From Verrucomicrobiaceae bacterium (lineage in GTDB: Bacteria > Verrucomicrobiota > Verrucomicrobiia > Chthoniobacterales > Chthoniobacteraceae), in the NCBI GenBank assembly GCA_043757005.1, contig JAYVQK010000121.1, positions 2,069 to 66,068 on the forward strand: DNA of 64,000 bases, in the 5' to 3' direction. The position numbers and the translations under genes were made by a program. Positions 26,838-36,126 of this stretch are shown here, piece after piece. Position 1 is the first letter of the stretch. Each line of letters begins with the position of its first letter. The notes under the pieces were generated by a model. It ran no database searches. It saw nothing but the letters and a program-made list of their open reading frames with translations, and was not told where the DNA came from.

Positions 26838-27574
26838 GCGCGCCGCCACACCGTCGCCTGCGCCACACTCCATTGGTATTTGCGGGCGTGCTCGCGGATG
26901 AGAAAGGGCAAGTCCCGCGTGCTGGTGAGCGTGAAATCCTCTGCCAGTGCCGCGCGCAGCCCGTCGAGCGTGCCCGCCGTGCGACCACCGAGCCACTGTT
27001 CCGGCGCGGTATATTCCGGCAACCAAGTGTAGGGAGAGGTGAGGATGAGCTGCCCGCCGGGGCGCACGAGCGCGGGGAGCTGTTGTAGAAAAAGAGCGGG
27101 CGAACCGAGGCGATCTATCAAATTTGCCGCCAGCACCACGTCGAACGACCCCAGCCCCTCGCGCAACGTCTGCGCATCGCCACACTCGAAGCGCACGCGC
27201 TCCGCCGCGACTCCCGCAGGCACGCGCGCGGTCAGCGGCGTGGTGAGCGCGCCTTCATCCGTGCGTAGATAGGGCAGGCTCCCTCCCGCTGCCAGCGCCG
27301 CCGCCGCTTCGATGAATCTTTTCGAGTAATCCACCCCGATCACCTCGCCGCAATGCCGAGCCAGCTCGAACGACGAACGCCCTACCGCACACCCCACATC
27401 CAGCGCGCGAGCGCCGGGCGGCAGCAGCGCCAAGTCCACACATTCGCTCACACAGCGCACCGCGTAGTCGAGCGCGTCATACGGGCCAGCAGGCCACGGC
27501 AGCACTTCCGCAGGCGTGCCGTAGTGGAAGAGCAGGTATTCGTGCAGCAGCTTATCCGTCTCGTAGGGATTCAT
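26834..27574 (-). CDS. class I SAM-dependent methyltransferase, resembling the OvoA C-terminal (putative 4-mercaptohistidine N1-methyltransferase) type
   Basis: The N-terminus MNPYETDKLLHEYLLFHYG matches my memory of the ovoA_Cterm family start. SAM motif I is ALDVGCAVGRSSFELA. Confidence 0.6.
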   Translation of the reverse strand: MNPYETDKLLHEYLLFHYGTPAEVLPWPAGPYDALDYAVRCVSECVDLALLPPGARALDVGCAVGRSSFELARHCGEVIGVDYSKRFIEAAAALAAGGSLPYLRTDEGALTTPLTARVPAGVAAERVRFECGDAQTLREGLGSFDVVLAANLIDRLGSPALFLQQLPALVRPGGQLILTSPYTWLPEYTAPEQWLGGRTAGTLDGLRAALAEDFTLTSTRDLPFLIREHARKYQWSVAQATVWRRA

Positions 27575-27875
27575 TTTTTAAATTGCGACGTTTCCAATAA
27601 TCAGGATGACGGCTCGAATGTGCGACCGCTGCAACTAAGATGCGTTCGTCGCGGATGACATACGCAATATAGAACGGGAACCCGGGTAGATTGATGCGAC
27701 GAAAGCCCCCGCGCCGTTCCCGCCATAGGAGCGGCTGACGAACAATGGCAACACACGCGCTCTCGATTACTTGACGAAAGCGCACGCCCAAGCCGGATGC
27801 TTGCCGCTCATAAAACCGAGTGGATTCCTCTGCCTCGTCAATCGCTTCCGTCAGAAACTCCAACACTGCGCTCAT
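27552..27875 (-). CDS. RelE/ParE-family type II toxin
   Basis: 107 aa. AEESTRFYERQASGLGVRF...INLPGFPFYIAYVIRDERILVAAVAHSSRHPDYW fits the ParE/plasmid-stabilisation pattern. ATGA overlap with the upstream antitoxin gene. Confidence 0.75.
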   Translation of the reverse strand: MSAVLEFLTEAIDEAEESTRFYERQASGLGVRFRQVIESACVAIVRQPLLWRERRGGFRRINLPGFPFYIAYVIRDERILVAAVAHSSRHPDYWKRRNLKNESLRDG

Positions 27876-28108
27876 TGTCCCGGTGCGATTCGGCGCAAGC
27901 GGGCAAAGGCTTCTATGGCTGGCACTGGCTGAGAATCACCGGCGTCAAAGCGGGCGATTCGGTGCGCGATTTCTTCATCCCATGCCGCATCGGCTTCTGC
28001 CGCTGGCGTGGGCTCGACGCTGATGAGTAGGCGATAGGCGAGCGCGACGCGCTGCTCCGGCGGCAGCACGAGCGCATCGTGTGAAACAGCATCTAGTGTG
28101 GCAGGCAT
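27872..28108 (-). CDS. addiction-module antitoxin (short helical, TIGR02574-like)
   Basis: 78 aa: MPATLDAVSHDALVLPPEQRVALAYRLLISVEP...DAAWDEEIAHRIARFDAGDSQPVPAIEAF. This is the typical LS..eR..La..L..Sl......d..W..E...R. pattern. Only the 3' part of the 296-aa track ORF is credible. Confidence 0.7.
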   Translation of the reverse strand: MPATLDAVSHDALVLPPEQRVALAYRLLISVEPTPAAEADAAWDEEIAHRIARFDAGDSQPVPAIEAFARLRRIAPGQ

Positions 28109-28152
28109 ACGCGCACGGTGCGCCGAGAGATGGAGCGTGTCGAATGAAGAAT

Positions 28153-29325
28153 CTATTCCCCGAGCAGCGCGCGCATATACGCGGCGGGGGCGAAATTTTC
28201 GATCAGCACCACCGTCTTCCCATCGCGATGCAGGCGCACTTGCGGCACCCCGATGTCCGGCGTCTTCGTGGGCGAAAAGAGGATGTCGTCGTGCGTGGCG
28301 TTCTTGCGATTCGCAAAGCGATCCGGCGTGAGCTTGCCGCCGAGATGATCGCTGCGGCCTGTGGCGACGTGCATCGTTCCGAGGATTTTCTCGTCTTGGA
28401 TGTCGCGCCCGCTCACGGGCAGGCGCTGCGTGCCAAAGCCCAGCTCGCCGAGTTCGCCCGTCACGGGGTCGCTCGTCAGCTTCTCGTTGTGCTCCGCCAC
28501 GGTCTCCGCGTTGCCGCGTAAAAGCGTCGCCTTCACGATGCGACCGCCGGTGACGTGTTGCAGAGCGATGGTGCCATCCTCGTAGCGTTGCGGGAATTTC
28601 CCCTCCACACCCGTGGGCACATAATAGATCTCGCCCGCTGGCAGATTCGCCACATCTGGGCCACCCCGGCAGAGGCCGTGCGACTTCTGCGCCTCCTGCT
28701 GACCCAGCTCGAGGTGCAGCGTGTAATTTTGCCCCGCAAAGACCGTGTCCATCTCCACCCAATCCGCCCGCGTCATCCCGAGCCGCAACTTCTCCGCCTC
28801 CGCGCTCACCTCGTCGTAGTCCACCGACAAACCACTCGCGAGGATGATCTGATTCAGCCCGTGCAGCGTCGCTCCGCGAAAGCCATATTGTTTCGCAAGC
28901 GCCGTCAGCGGCGCCGTCGCCGAGTAGGTCGAGATGCAGAGGATGATGTCGTAGTTCGGGTAAATATCGCGCGCCATACTCACCTCGCGACCATCCGGCG
29001 TGAACGCTGCGTCGCCGAGATCGAGATTGCTCCCGCCCGTCACCTCGTAGGCGAAGAAGTCCCCGCCCTTCATCCCCATCTCCGCCAGCACACCGTTCTT
29101 CAGCCCTTGGTAAAAGACATCGTGCGCATTGCGTTGGATGCTCAGATCCGGGTTCTGCAAAAAGGCCCAGTCCTTCACCTCCCGAAGATCATCGAGGTCA
29201 ATCAGCACACACACCCGCTCCCCGCCCTTGGGCGCAAAGACTGTGTGGAGCAGCCGTGTGAGGCTGAAAGGTGGAAACTTCCGTTCGGTGAAATTTGCGA
29301 CAGTGGTCATATGAGTGCTCATCAA
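28153..29325 (-). CDS. M29-like (AmpS/PepS-type) aminopeptidase-like protein
   Basis: 390 aa. NLPAGEIYYVP and DEKILGTMHVATGRSDHLGG resemble M29 metal-site segments. The assignment is tentative. Confidence 0.45.
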   Translation of the reverse strand: MMSTHMTTVANFTERKFPPFSLTRLLHTVFAPKGGERVCVLIDLDDLREVKDWAFLQNPDLSIQRNAHDVFYQGLKNGVLAEMGMKGGDFFAYEVTGGSNLDLGDAAFTPDGREVSMARDIYPNYDIILCISTYSATAPLTALAKQYGFRGATLHGLNQIILASGLSVDYDEVSAEAEKLRLGMTRADWVEMDTVFAGQNYTLHLELGQQEAQKSHGLCRGGPDVANLPAGEIYYVPTGVEGKFPQRYEDGTIALQHVTGGRIVKATLLRGNAETVAEHNEKLTSDPVTGELGELGFGTQRLPVSGRDIQDEKILGTMHVATGRSDHLGGKLTPDRFANRKNATHDDILFSPTKTPDIGVPQVRLHRDGKTVVLIENFAPAAYMRALLGE

Positions 29326-29506
29326 GGAGTAGCGTGTATTTGGTTTATTCCGGCAATCACACTACGCCTCACGGCGCGCAGACGATGCGGAAAAGATTCG
29401 CGGGTTGGCAATTCATTCCGCTGCAATGCGAGAATGTAACGATGACTTCAGCGGGATGGTTTGACGCCCTCCGCCTCGCATGGGCTACTCTCCGCCCACG
29501 CGCACC

Positions 29507-30175
29507 ATGAAGAAACTCTTTGCAGAATGTCTCGGCACCTTCGCCCTCGTCTTTGCGGGCACGGGGGCCATCGTCATCAATCATGCCAGCGGCGGATCCA
29601 TTACCCATGCGGGGATCGCGCTCACCTTCGGCCTCATCGTGATGGCGATGATCTATACGCTCGGCGACGTGAGCGGCGCGCACATGAATTCCGCCGTGAC
29701 CGTGGCGTTCGCGGCGGCGGGCCGTTTCCCGTGGCGTGCGGTGCCGGGCTACATCGGGGCTCAACTCCTCGGCGCGCTGGCGGCGAGCGGGCTCCTGCGC
29801 GTGCTCTTTCCGACGGATGCCACGCTCGGCGCGACACTCCCTGCGGGGGCAGAGAGCCAGAGTTTTATCTTGGAGGTCGTGCTTACTTTTCTGCTCATGT
29901 TCGTCGTCCTCAGCGTCTCCACCGGGGCGAAAGAAAAAGGCATCACCGCCGCCATCGCCATCGGCGGAGTCATCGCGCTGGAAGCCATGTTTGCCGGGCC
30001 GATCTGCGGAGCCTCGATGAACCCCGCCCGCTCGCTCGCCCCAGCTCTCGTGAGCGGGCATCTGGAGCATCTGTGGATCTATCTCACTGCGCCCGTGCTT
30101 GGCGCGTTGCTCGCCATCCCTGTCTGCTGCGGGATTCGAGAGCGGGGCTGCTGCGGCGGGGCGCTGACGAGATAG
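29507..30175 (+). CDS. MIP-family channel (aquaporin/glycerol-facilitator-like) with NSA/NPA boxes
   Basis: MKKLFAECLGTFALVFAGTGA, SGAHMNSAVTVAF (first box is NSA instead of NPA) and GASMNPARSLAPAL. Confidence 0.85.
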   Translation: MKKLFAECLGTFALVFAGTGAIVINHASGGSITHAGIALTFGLIVMAMIYTLGDVSGAHMNSAVTVAFAAAGRFPWRAVPGYIGAQLLGALAASGLLRVLFPTDATLGATLPAGAESQSFILEVVLTFLLMFVVLSVSTGAKEKGITAAIAIGGVIALEAMFAGPICGASMNPARSLAPALVSGHLEHLWIYLTAPVLGALLAIPVCCGIRERGCCGGALTR

Positions 30176-30290
30176 CCTGCCGGGAGTGGGCGACGGCAAC
30201 GAACGGAAGGAATGGCCAAAGCCTTTGTTGGCGCGCTGATTATCCACGCGGGCGATGCGCGTGTGCATGTTGCCTGAACTATTTTTAGCC

Positions 30291-33200
30291 ATGAGCAATC
30301 GTCTCGACCCATTGATCCAAGATAAACTCCACGCTTTCGCAGCGCGGCGGCGGCGACTCATCATTTTCCGAGGTGTATTCGCTGCGCTGGCGATGCTCTT
30401 TTTCACCATGCTGCTGGTGGCGATGTTGGATTATTTTGCGTTCTCTCTTTTCGGCGTCGTGGTGCCCGATAAAGCCCGCTGGGCTTTGAGCGGGCTGGCT
30501 TACACGGCGGTGCTGGCGATTGCTTGGCGGCAGTGTTTGCGGCAGCTCTTGCACGCGCCGGATGCGCGGCAGCTCGCACGACTGGTCGAGCACGCAGAGC
30601 CGAAATTGCGCGAGGATCTGATCTCGGCGGTGGAGCTGGGCGATGCAAAGGGTGAGGTGTTTGATTCCGAGCAATTTCGTGGGTTGCTGCAAACGGATGT
30701 GGCGCATCGCATGGAAAATATGGAGATGAAGTCGCTGCTCCCGATGGCTCTAATCCGGCGCTACATCGGCTACACGGCGGTGATCGCGGCGTGCATTATC
30801 ACGGCGATGGTGGCGACGAATGGGCAGTTCTTTACCCTGCTGCTCCGCGCGCTCGCGCCGGGGGCGAATCTCGATAATGTCTCCCGCACCAAAGTGATCC
30901 TGCGCGAGCCGGTGGGCGGCAATATGATGGTGCCGCAGGGCGATACGGTGCGCGTGGTGGTGGAGTTAAAAGGCGAGCGCACGGGCAAGGCTGTGCTGGA
31001 GGCGGAGAGCGAAAAGGAGGGCGCACTTTCCATCCCGATGTTGCCGTTGGGCGACGACCGTTTTGCAGCCACGGTGCAGGTGAATCGCGAGAATGTGCGC
31101 TACCGCATCAAGGCCGGCGATGCGTTGACGAAGCGGTATCTGCTGGATGCGCGGGAGCGGCCTTTTGTGACGACTTTCCAAAAGACCTACACGTATCCCG
31201 CCTACTCGAAGCTGCCGACGAAGACGGTGACGGAAACGGATGGTGGACTCGCTGCGCTGGAGGGCACGGAGGTGGAGCTAAAGCTGAAGCCGAACCAGGC
31301 GGTGAAGACTGCGGAACTCCGGCTGGAGCAGGGAAAAAAGAGCACGGCTATCGCGCTCACGCCGACTGCGGATGGGCAGCTCTCGGCGAAGGTGCCGCTG
31401 ATGGCGAGCGGGAGTTACCGCGTTTTCCTCGTGTCGGCGGCGACGGGTTTTGAGAATAAATTCTCGCCGGAAAACGAGCTGCGAGCTGAGCCGGATCTCG
31501 TGCCTTCTGTGGAGCTGGACTCTCCAAAAAACGATCTCATTTTACCCAATAACGAACTCGTGGATGTGCTGGGCCATGCGAGCGACGATCTGGCTCTGGC
31601 AAAGGTCGCGCAGCTCGTGAAGGTGAATGACGGCGCGTGGAAAGAGACGGTGCTGCTGCGCGAGCCGGGCCAGAAGACGCGCGTGGAGACGCGCTGGGAT
31701 TTGTATGCGATGAGTGTGAAGCCGGGTGATCTCGTAACGACGAAATTGGTGGCGACGGATTTGAAGGGCAACAAGGGTGAGTCGAGGCCGCTGCAAATCA
31801 CGATCACGGCGGCGGGCTTCGAGCTGCGGAGGCTGCAAGCTCTGGAGAATCTGCGCGCGCTCAATCTCGCGGTGCGAGGGATGTCGAAGGCGGCGGAAGG
31901 GCTGGAGAAATCGGCGGTGAAGGCGCGCGATGCTTTTGCTGGCGATGGGCGTCAGGCGGTGATGGCGGCGACGGGTGCGCTTGCGGAGTTTGAGGTGAAA
32001 TATGTGGAGGCGTGGACGTCGCTCGGCGCGGCGCTGCGCGAGGCCCCGGCGGGGCACACGAGCGGGGAACTGGTGATGCTGGGGAGACAGCTCGCGAAGC
32101 TGAATCTCACCAATATGAAGAGCGCGAAAGGCACACTCGATTTGCTGGCGCGGAATCCCGGCATCGCTCGCGCAAAGGAGCTGATGAATGAGGCCACGGA
32201 CAATCTCGTGAAGCTCAACGGACGCGCGCATATCACCGAGGCGGCGACGGAGGCTTTTGTCGCTGCCGAGGAGGCCGCCGCGCTCACGGAGAATGGCCAA
32301 GTCGTAGCACGCGAGCAGCAGCGGCTCATGGAACTCGCCGTGGCGACGGGCGAGGATGTGGCGCGCTGGACTGCGCTGACGAGTAGGCTGCGCGTGGCGA
32401 TGACGCAGACGAAAGCGCTGGAAGATTTGCTCGCGCCGATGGCTGCGCGCGAGGGCACGATAGCCAGAGATCGTGCGAAAAGTGTGAGCAAGGAACTCGC
32501 GACCCGGCGCGGCAAGCTAGAGCTGGCGCTGCTCGGTGAGCCCTCGGGCAAGACGTTGCTCCAGCCGACGCTGGAGCTTACGCGCACGCTGAAAAACTAC
32601 GCGGGGGAGTTTGCGAACTGGCACCGCGAGTTTGGCTATCGGCCTGTGGAAATGATGCGCGATCTCGCGAACGACGCGGGCTCGACTTACGGCAACGTGA
32701 CGCGGCTCGATCAAGAACTGACCACGCTCCGAGCCGACGAAAAACTCGCCGCAGATACGCGCGTCGCACTTTCCGAGCTACGCTGGAATGTGCGTGCGGA
32801 TGTCTTTAAAGCACACGGCGATTTAGAGGAAGTGCGCGCACAGGCGGACAACACTTTTGTCGGCGACTTGCGGCTCGCGAGCACCGCGCTGCAAGCATTG
32901 CAGGCGGTGGCGGCGGGGACGGAGGCTGCGAAGATCAGTGGGAAGCTCACGGGATTTGCGCGCGACTTTAGCGTGCTCGAAAGCGGGCACTCGTTGCAGG
33001 AGGTTTTCGACGGGCTGAATACGCTGGCGACGAGTGAGCGCTGGGACATCCGCAGCTTGAGCGTCCGCACGCAGAGCCCCCGCGACTGGCGATGGGCGGA
33101 AGGGCGCTTGCGCTTATTGCCGGAGGAATTGGGTAAGGCGAAGGATGCTTTTGGCGACGAGGTGGAGATGCGGAAGGTCTTTGAGGCGGCGCAGGGCATT

Positions 33201-36116
33201 TTATGGAAAGCGGGACAGATGCCTGCTTGGAACGCAATCAGCGTGGAGATGGAGCAACGCGCAAGTGCGGACCGCCCGCCAGCGAGCACGAAAGCCGATG
33301 TGGAGCTGTTGGCTGGCGAAGTGAAGAGGGCGTTGGATCTTTTGCGCAAGCAAATGGATGCCGCCCGTAAGCGGCTGGAGTCTGTCGCGCCGAAGATCAG
33401 CGAACTCGCGGCAGCACTCGCGAAAGAGCAGGACGAGCAGAAGAAAGAAACCGAGCAACAGGCGGAGAAAGTGGCGGCGCAAAAACCGGAGGAGGCCAAG
33501 GCGGAAAATCAAAAGCAGCTCGCGAAGCAGGAGCAGCTCGATGCGAAGGTGGAGTCGCTAAAAGACCTGATCCGTGCGCAGGCAAATCAGCAGAACATTT
33601 TAGACAAGGAACAACGCGAGAAAATGCGCGATGCGGATGATGCGCTGGCGTTGCTCAAGGAGCCGCCACCCAAGGCGGAGCAGGCTTTGCAGGACGCAGC
33701 GAATGATGCGCAGTCGCAGCAAAAGGCTGATCTGAATCGTGCAGCGGAGCAGCAGCAAAAGCTGGCGTCGGCGCTCGAACAGATTGCGAAACACTTTGAG
33801 GCAGAAGAGCAGGGGAAGCCGCTGGCGGAGACCCGCGCGGCGTTGCGTGAGGCGGAGAAGGAACTGGGTGTGAAGGGTGAGCTGGATCAGCAATTTGCGC
33901 ACGCGCAGATGGTCGCGGAGATGGCGCAGAAGAACGCGGCGGATTTACTGAAAGAGCTGGAGGCGAAGCTGCCGGAAAACCCCGAGATGCAGAAGGCGCT
34001 GAGCCAGATTTCTAAAGATACGCTGGCGGCTGCCGAGCAGAAGTTGGCCGATGCGAGTAAGAAGGAGAACGCTGTGGCCAAGCAGATGGAGCAGCAGGCG
34101 GCACAGGAAAAAGGCGAGGCTCCGCAGCCGGAGAAGACGCTCGCGCAGGCCGCACAGGAGGCGCAGACGGCGGCGCAAGCGGCGTTTGAGGCGGCAAAAA
34201 ATGCGGAGCGGCAGGCGAGTGAGGCGAAGAACGATACGGCCAAACAGCAGGCGGATAATGCAGCGGAATTTGCAAAGGACGCAGCGAAGGCGGCGGGTGA
34301 TGCCGTGAAGGCGGCGGAGAAAATGGCGAATGCGGCCAATGATAAGGATGCGGCGAAAGCGGCGCAGAAAGCAGCGGACAAGGCGGGAGAGGCGGCGCAG
34401 CTCGCGCAGCAGGCTTCGGCTTTGGCGCAGCAGGCGCAGAAGAGTGGCGAGCAGGCGGCGAAGGCAGGTGGTGAAAAGCAGGGGAAGAATGAGCAATCCG
34501 CGCAACAGGCAGCGGAGGCTGTAAAGCAAGCGGACAAGGCTGCGCAAGCGGCGCAGCAGGCACAGCAGCTCGCGCAGAGCGCACAACAAAAAGCGAACGC
34601 TACGGCGCAAAACGCCGAGCAATTAAAGACGGCGCAAGAGGCCGCGCAGTCGGCGGCGGATGCAGCAAAGCAGGCTGCTGGGGCGGCGAAGCAAGCAGCG
34701 CAATCCGCAAAGGCAGCCGAGGCGCAGGCAAAGACGGCGGCGAATGAGCCTGCCGAACAAGCCGCGGCGAAAGCGGGCAGTGAAGCGGCGAAGGCGGCGG
34801 AGTCTGCCCAAGCGGCGGCGCAAAATGCGGAGCAGGTAGCGAAGACGGGCGATGCGAAACAGGCTGCTAAGGCGGCGCAGACGGCGGCGCAAAACGCGGG
34901 CGAGGCGGCGGACGCGGCACAGCAGGCGGCGAACGACGCACAGGCGGCGCAAGGTGCGGCGGAGAAAGCGGCACAGCAGCTTGGGGAACACGCGGCGCAA
35001 AATCAGCAGGCGAGTCAGCAAGCGGCGCAGTCCGCCAAGCAAGCGCAGCAGGCGGTGGCGGCGGCGAAACAGGCGCAGGCGCTCGCCCAGCAATCGGCGG
35101 CGCGCGCAGCGGCGCTCGTGCCACCGGAGGCGGCGCAGCCAAGCTCGCCGCTCGCGCAGGCGGCGCAGCAGCAGCAGCCCATCGCGGCCAATGCGCAGGA
35201 TGCTGGAGCGGATGTGGAGCGGGCGGCGCGGCATGAGATGCGGCTGGGGAATCAGCCGACTGGCGATCAGCTCCAGAAGCTCGGCGCGCAAATCCAAGAC
35301 ACGGCAAAGACGGACGTGCCGAAGGCGGCGGATGCTTTGAAAAATGCGCCGAACGCGCAGGCGGCTCAGGCCCCCGTGGCGCAAGCAAACGTCGAGCTTG
35401 CGAAAGATCTCGCCGCTTTGAAGAACACGCAAAACAGCGCGCAGCCGCCGCAAGGTGCGCAACCGCCAACGGGCGAGCAGGCGCAGCAAAATGCGGCGCA
35501 GACTGGCACGCCAGCGTCGCCACAGGCAGCGGGGCAACCGCCGAGCGGACAGTCGCCAGCGGGGCAGCCTTCCGGCCAACAGTCGGCGGCGCAGGGCGAG
35601 CAGGCACCTGCATCTCCAGCCGAACAGGCGGCGATGGCGCGAGCGCTGGATGCGCTGGATCAGCAGATCAATGGACAGCCGCCAGCGGGGGATGCGGCGC
35701 AAGCCTCCGCGCCGCCAGCACCAGCAGGCCAGCCGGGCGAGCCGCAATCTGGCCAGCCGAGTGGTCAGCCGAGTGATGCAGCCTCCGCTGCGCAAGCCGC
35801 GATGGCGCAGGCGGCGCAGGCGGCGGCGGCTTCCATGCGGCAGAGCCGCGCGCAGCAGGGGATGGCTCAAATCCCGAGCGGGCTGATGAGTCAGAGCCAA
35901 AGCGAGAAGAGCCTCGCAGGCGCTCAGGCACAGGCTCCGGCGATGGACTATGATCTAAAGGCCGACGCGCAAGGGCTGAAGCGTGGCGAGTGGGGCAAGC
36001 TGCCAAAGAAGCTGGCGGATCAACTCACGAAGGGCCAGCAGGAGGCGATTGCGGGGGACTATCGGCAGGCGGTGGAGACGTATTACAAGGTAATCGCCGA
36101 GAAGGCGAAGAAGTGA
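30291..36116 (+). CDS. giant membrane-anchored DUF4175-like protein with an ~830-aa Ala/Gln/Lys-rich low-complexity region (about 1941 aa)
   Basis: The N-terminus has two TM segments (FRGVFAALAMLFFTMLLVAMLDYF and WALSGLAYTAVLAIAW) followed by LARLVEHAEPKLREDLISAVELGD. The C-terminus is EWGKLPKKLADQL....IAGDYRQAVETYYKVIAEKAKK. Both ends resemble DUF4175 as I remember it. Confidence 0.6.
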   Translation: MSNRLDPLIQDKLHAFAARRRRLIIFRGVFAALAMLFFTMLLVAMLDYFAFSLFGVVVPDKARWALSGLAYTAVLAIAWRQCLRQLLHAPDARQLARLVEHAEPKLREDLISAVELGDAKGEVFDSEQFRGLLQTDVAHRMENMEMKSLLPMALIRRYIGYTAVIAACIITAMVATNGQFFTLLLRALAPGANLDNVSRTKVILREPVGGNMMVPQGDTVRVVVELKGERTGKAVLEAESEKEGALSIPMLPLGDDRFAATVQVNRENVRYRIKAGDALTKRYLLDARERPFVTTFQKTYTYPAYSKLPTKTVTETDGGLAALEGTEVELKLKPNQAVKTAELRLEQGKKSTAIALTPTADGQLSAKVPLMASGSYRVFLVSAATGFENKFSPENELRAEPDLVPSVELDSPKNDLILPNNELVDVLGHASDDLALAKVAQLVKVNDGAWKETVLLREPGQKTRVETRWDLYAMSVKPGDLVTTKLVATDLKGNKGESRPLQITITAAGFELRRLQALENLRALNLAVRGMSKAAEGLEKSAVKARDAFAGDGRQAVMAATGALAEFEVKYVEAWTSLGAALREAPAGHTSGELVMLGRQLAKLNLTNMKSAKGTLDLLARNPGIARAKELMNEATDNLVKLNGRAHITEAATEAFVAAEEAAALTENGQVVAREQQRLMELAVATGEDVARWTALTSRLRVAMTQTKALEDLLAPMAAREGTIARDRAKSVSKELATRRGKLELALLGEPSGKTLLQPTLELTRTLKNYAGEFANWHREFGYRPVEMMRDLANDAGSTYGNVTRLDQELTTLRADEKLAADTRVALSELRWNVRADVFKAHGDLEEVRAQADNTFVGDLRLASTALQALQAVAAGTEAAKISGKLTGFARDFSVLESGHSLQEVFDGLNTLATSERWDIRSLSVRTQSPRDWRWAEGRLRLLPEELGKAKDAFGDEVEMRKVFEAAQGILWKAGQMPAWNAISVEMEQRASADRPPASTKADVELLAGEVKRALDLLRKQMDAARKRLESVAPKISELAAALAKEQDEQKKETEQQAEKVAAQKPEEAKAENQKQLAKQEQLDAKVESLKDLIRAQANQQNILDKEQREKMRDADDALALLKEPPPKAEQALQDAANDAQSQQKADLNRAAEQQQKLASALEQIAKHFEAEEQGKPLAETRAALREAEKELGVKGELDQQFAHAQMVAEMAQKNAADLLKELEAKLPENPEMQKALSQISKDTLAAAEQKLADASKKENAVAKQMEQQAAQEKGEAPQPEKTLAQAAQEAQTAAQAAFEAAKNAERQASEAKNDTAKQQADNAAEFAKDAAKAAGDAVKAAEKMANAANDKDAAKAAQKAADKAGEAAQLAQQASALAQQAQKSGEQAAKAGGEKQGKNEQSAQQAAEAVKQADKAAQAAQQAQQLAQSAQQKANATAQNAEQLKTAQEAAQSAADAAKQAAGAAKQAAQSAKAAEAQAKTAANEPAEQAAAKAGSEAAKAAESAQAAAQNAEQVAKTGDAKQAAKAAQTAAQNAGEAADAAQQAANDAQAAQGAAEKAAQQLGEHAAQNQQASQQAAQSAKQAQQAVAAAKQAQALAQQSAARAAALVPPEAAQPSSPLAQAAQQQQPIAANAQDAGADVERAARHEMRLGNQPTGDQLQKLGAQIQDTAKTDVPKAADALKNAPNAQAAQAPVAQANVELAKDLAALKNTQNSAQPPQGAQPPTGEQAQQNAAQTGTPASPQAAGQPPSGQSPAGQPSGQQSAAQGEQAPASPAEQAAMARALDALDQQINGQPPAGDAAQASAPPAPAGQPGEPQSGQPSGQPSDAASAAQAAMAQAAQAAAASMRQSRAQQGMAQIPSGLMSQSQSEKSLAGAQAQAPAMDYDLKADAQGLKRGEWGKLPKKLADQLTKGQQEAIAGDYRQAVETYYKVIAEKAKK

Positions 36117-36126
36117 GGAGGCATTT

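Noticed and set aside
27872-28762. 296-aa minus-strand ORF reported in the track
   Set aside because: Only the last 78 codons (from ATG 28108) look like a real antitoxin. The upstream part is Arg/His-rich and overlaps the aminopeptidase-like gene in another frame.
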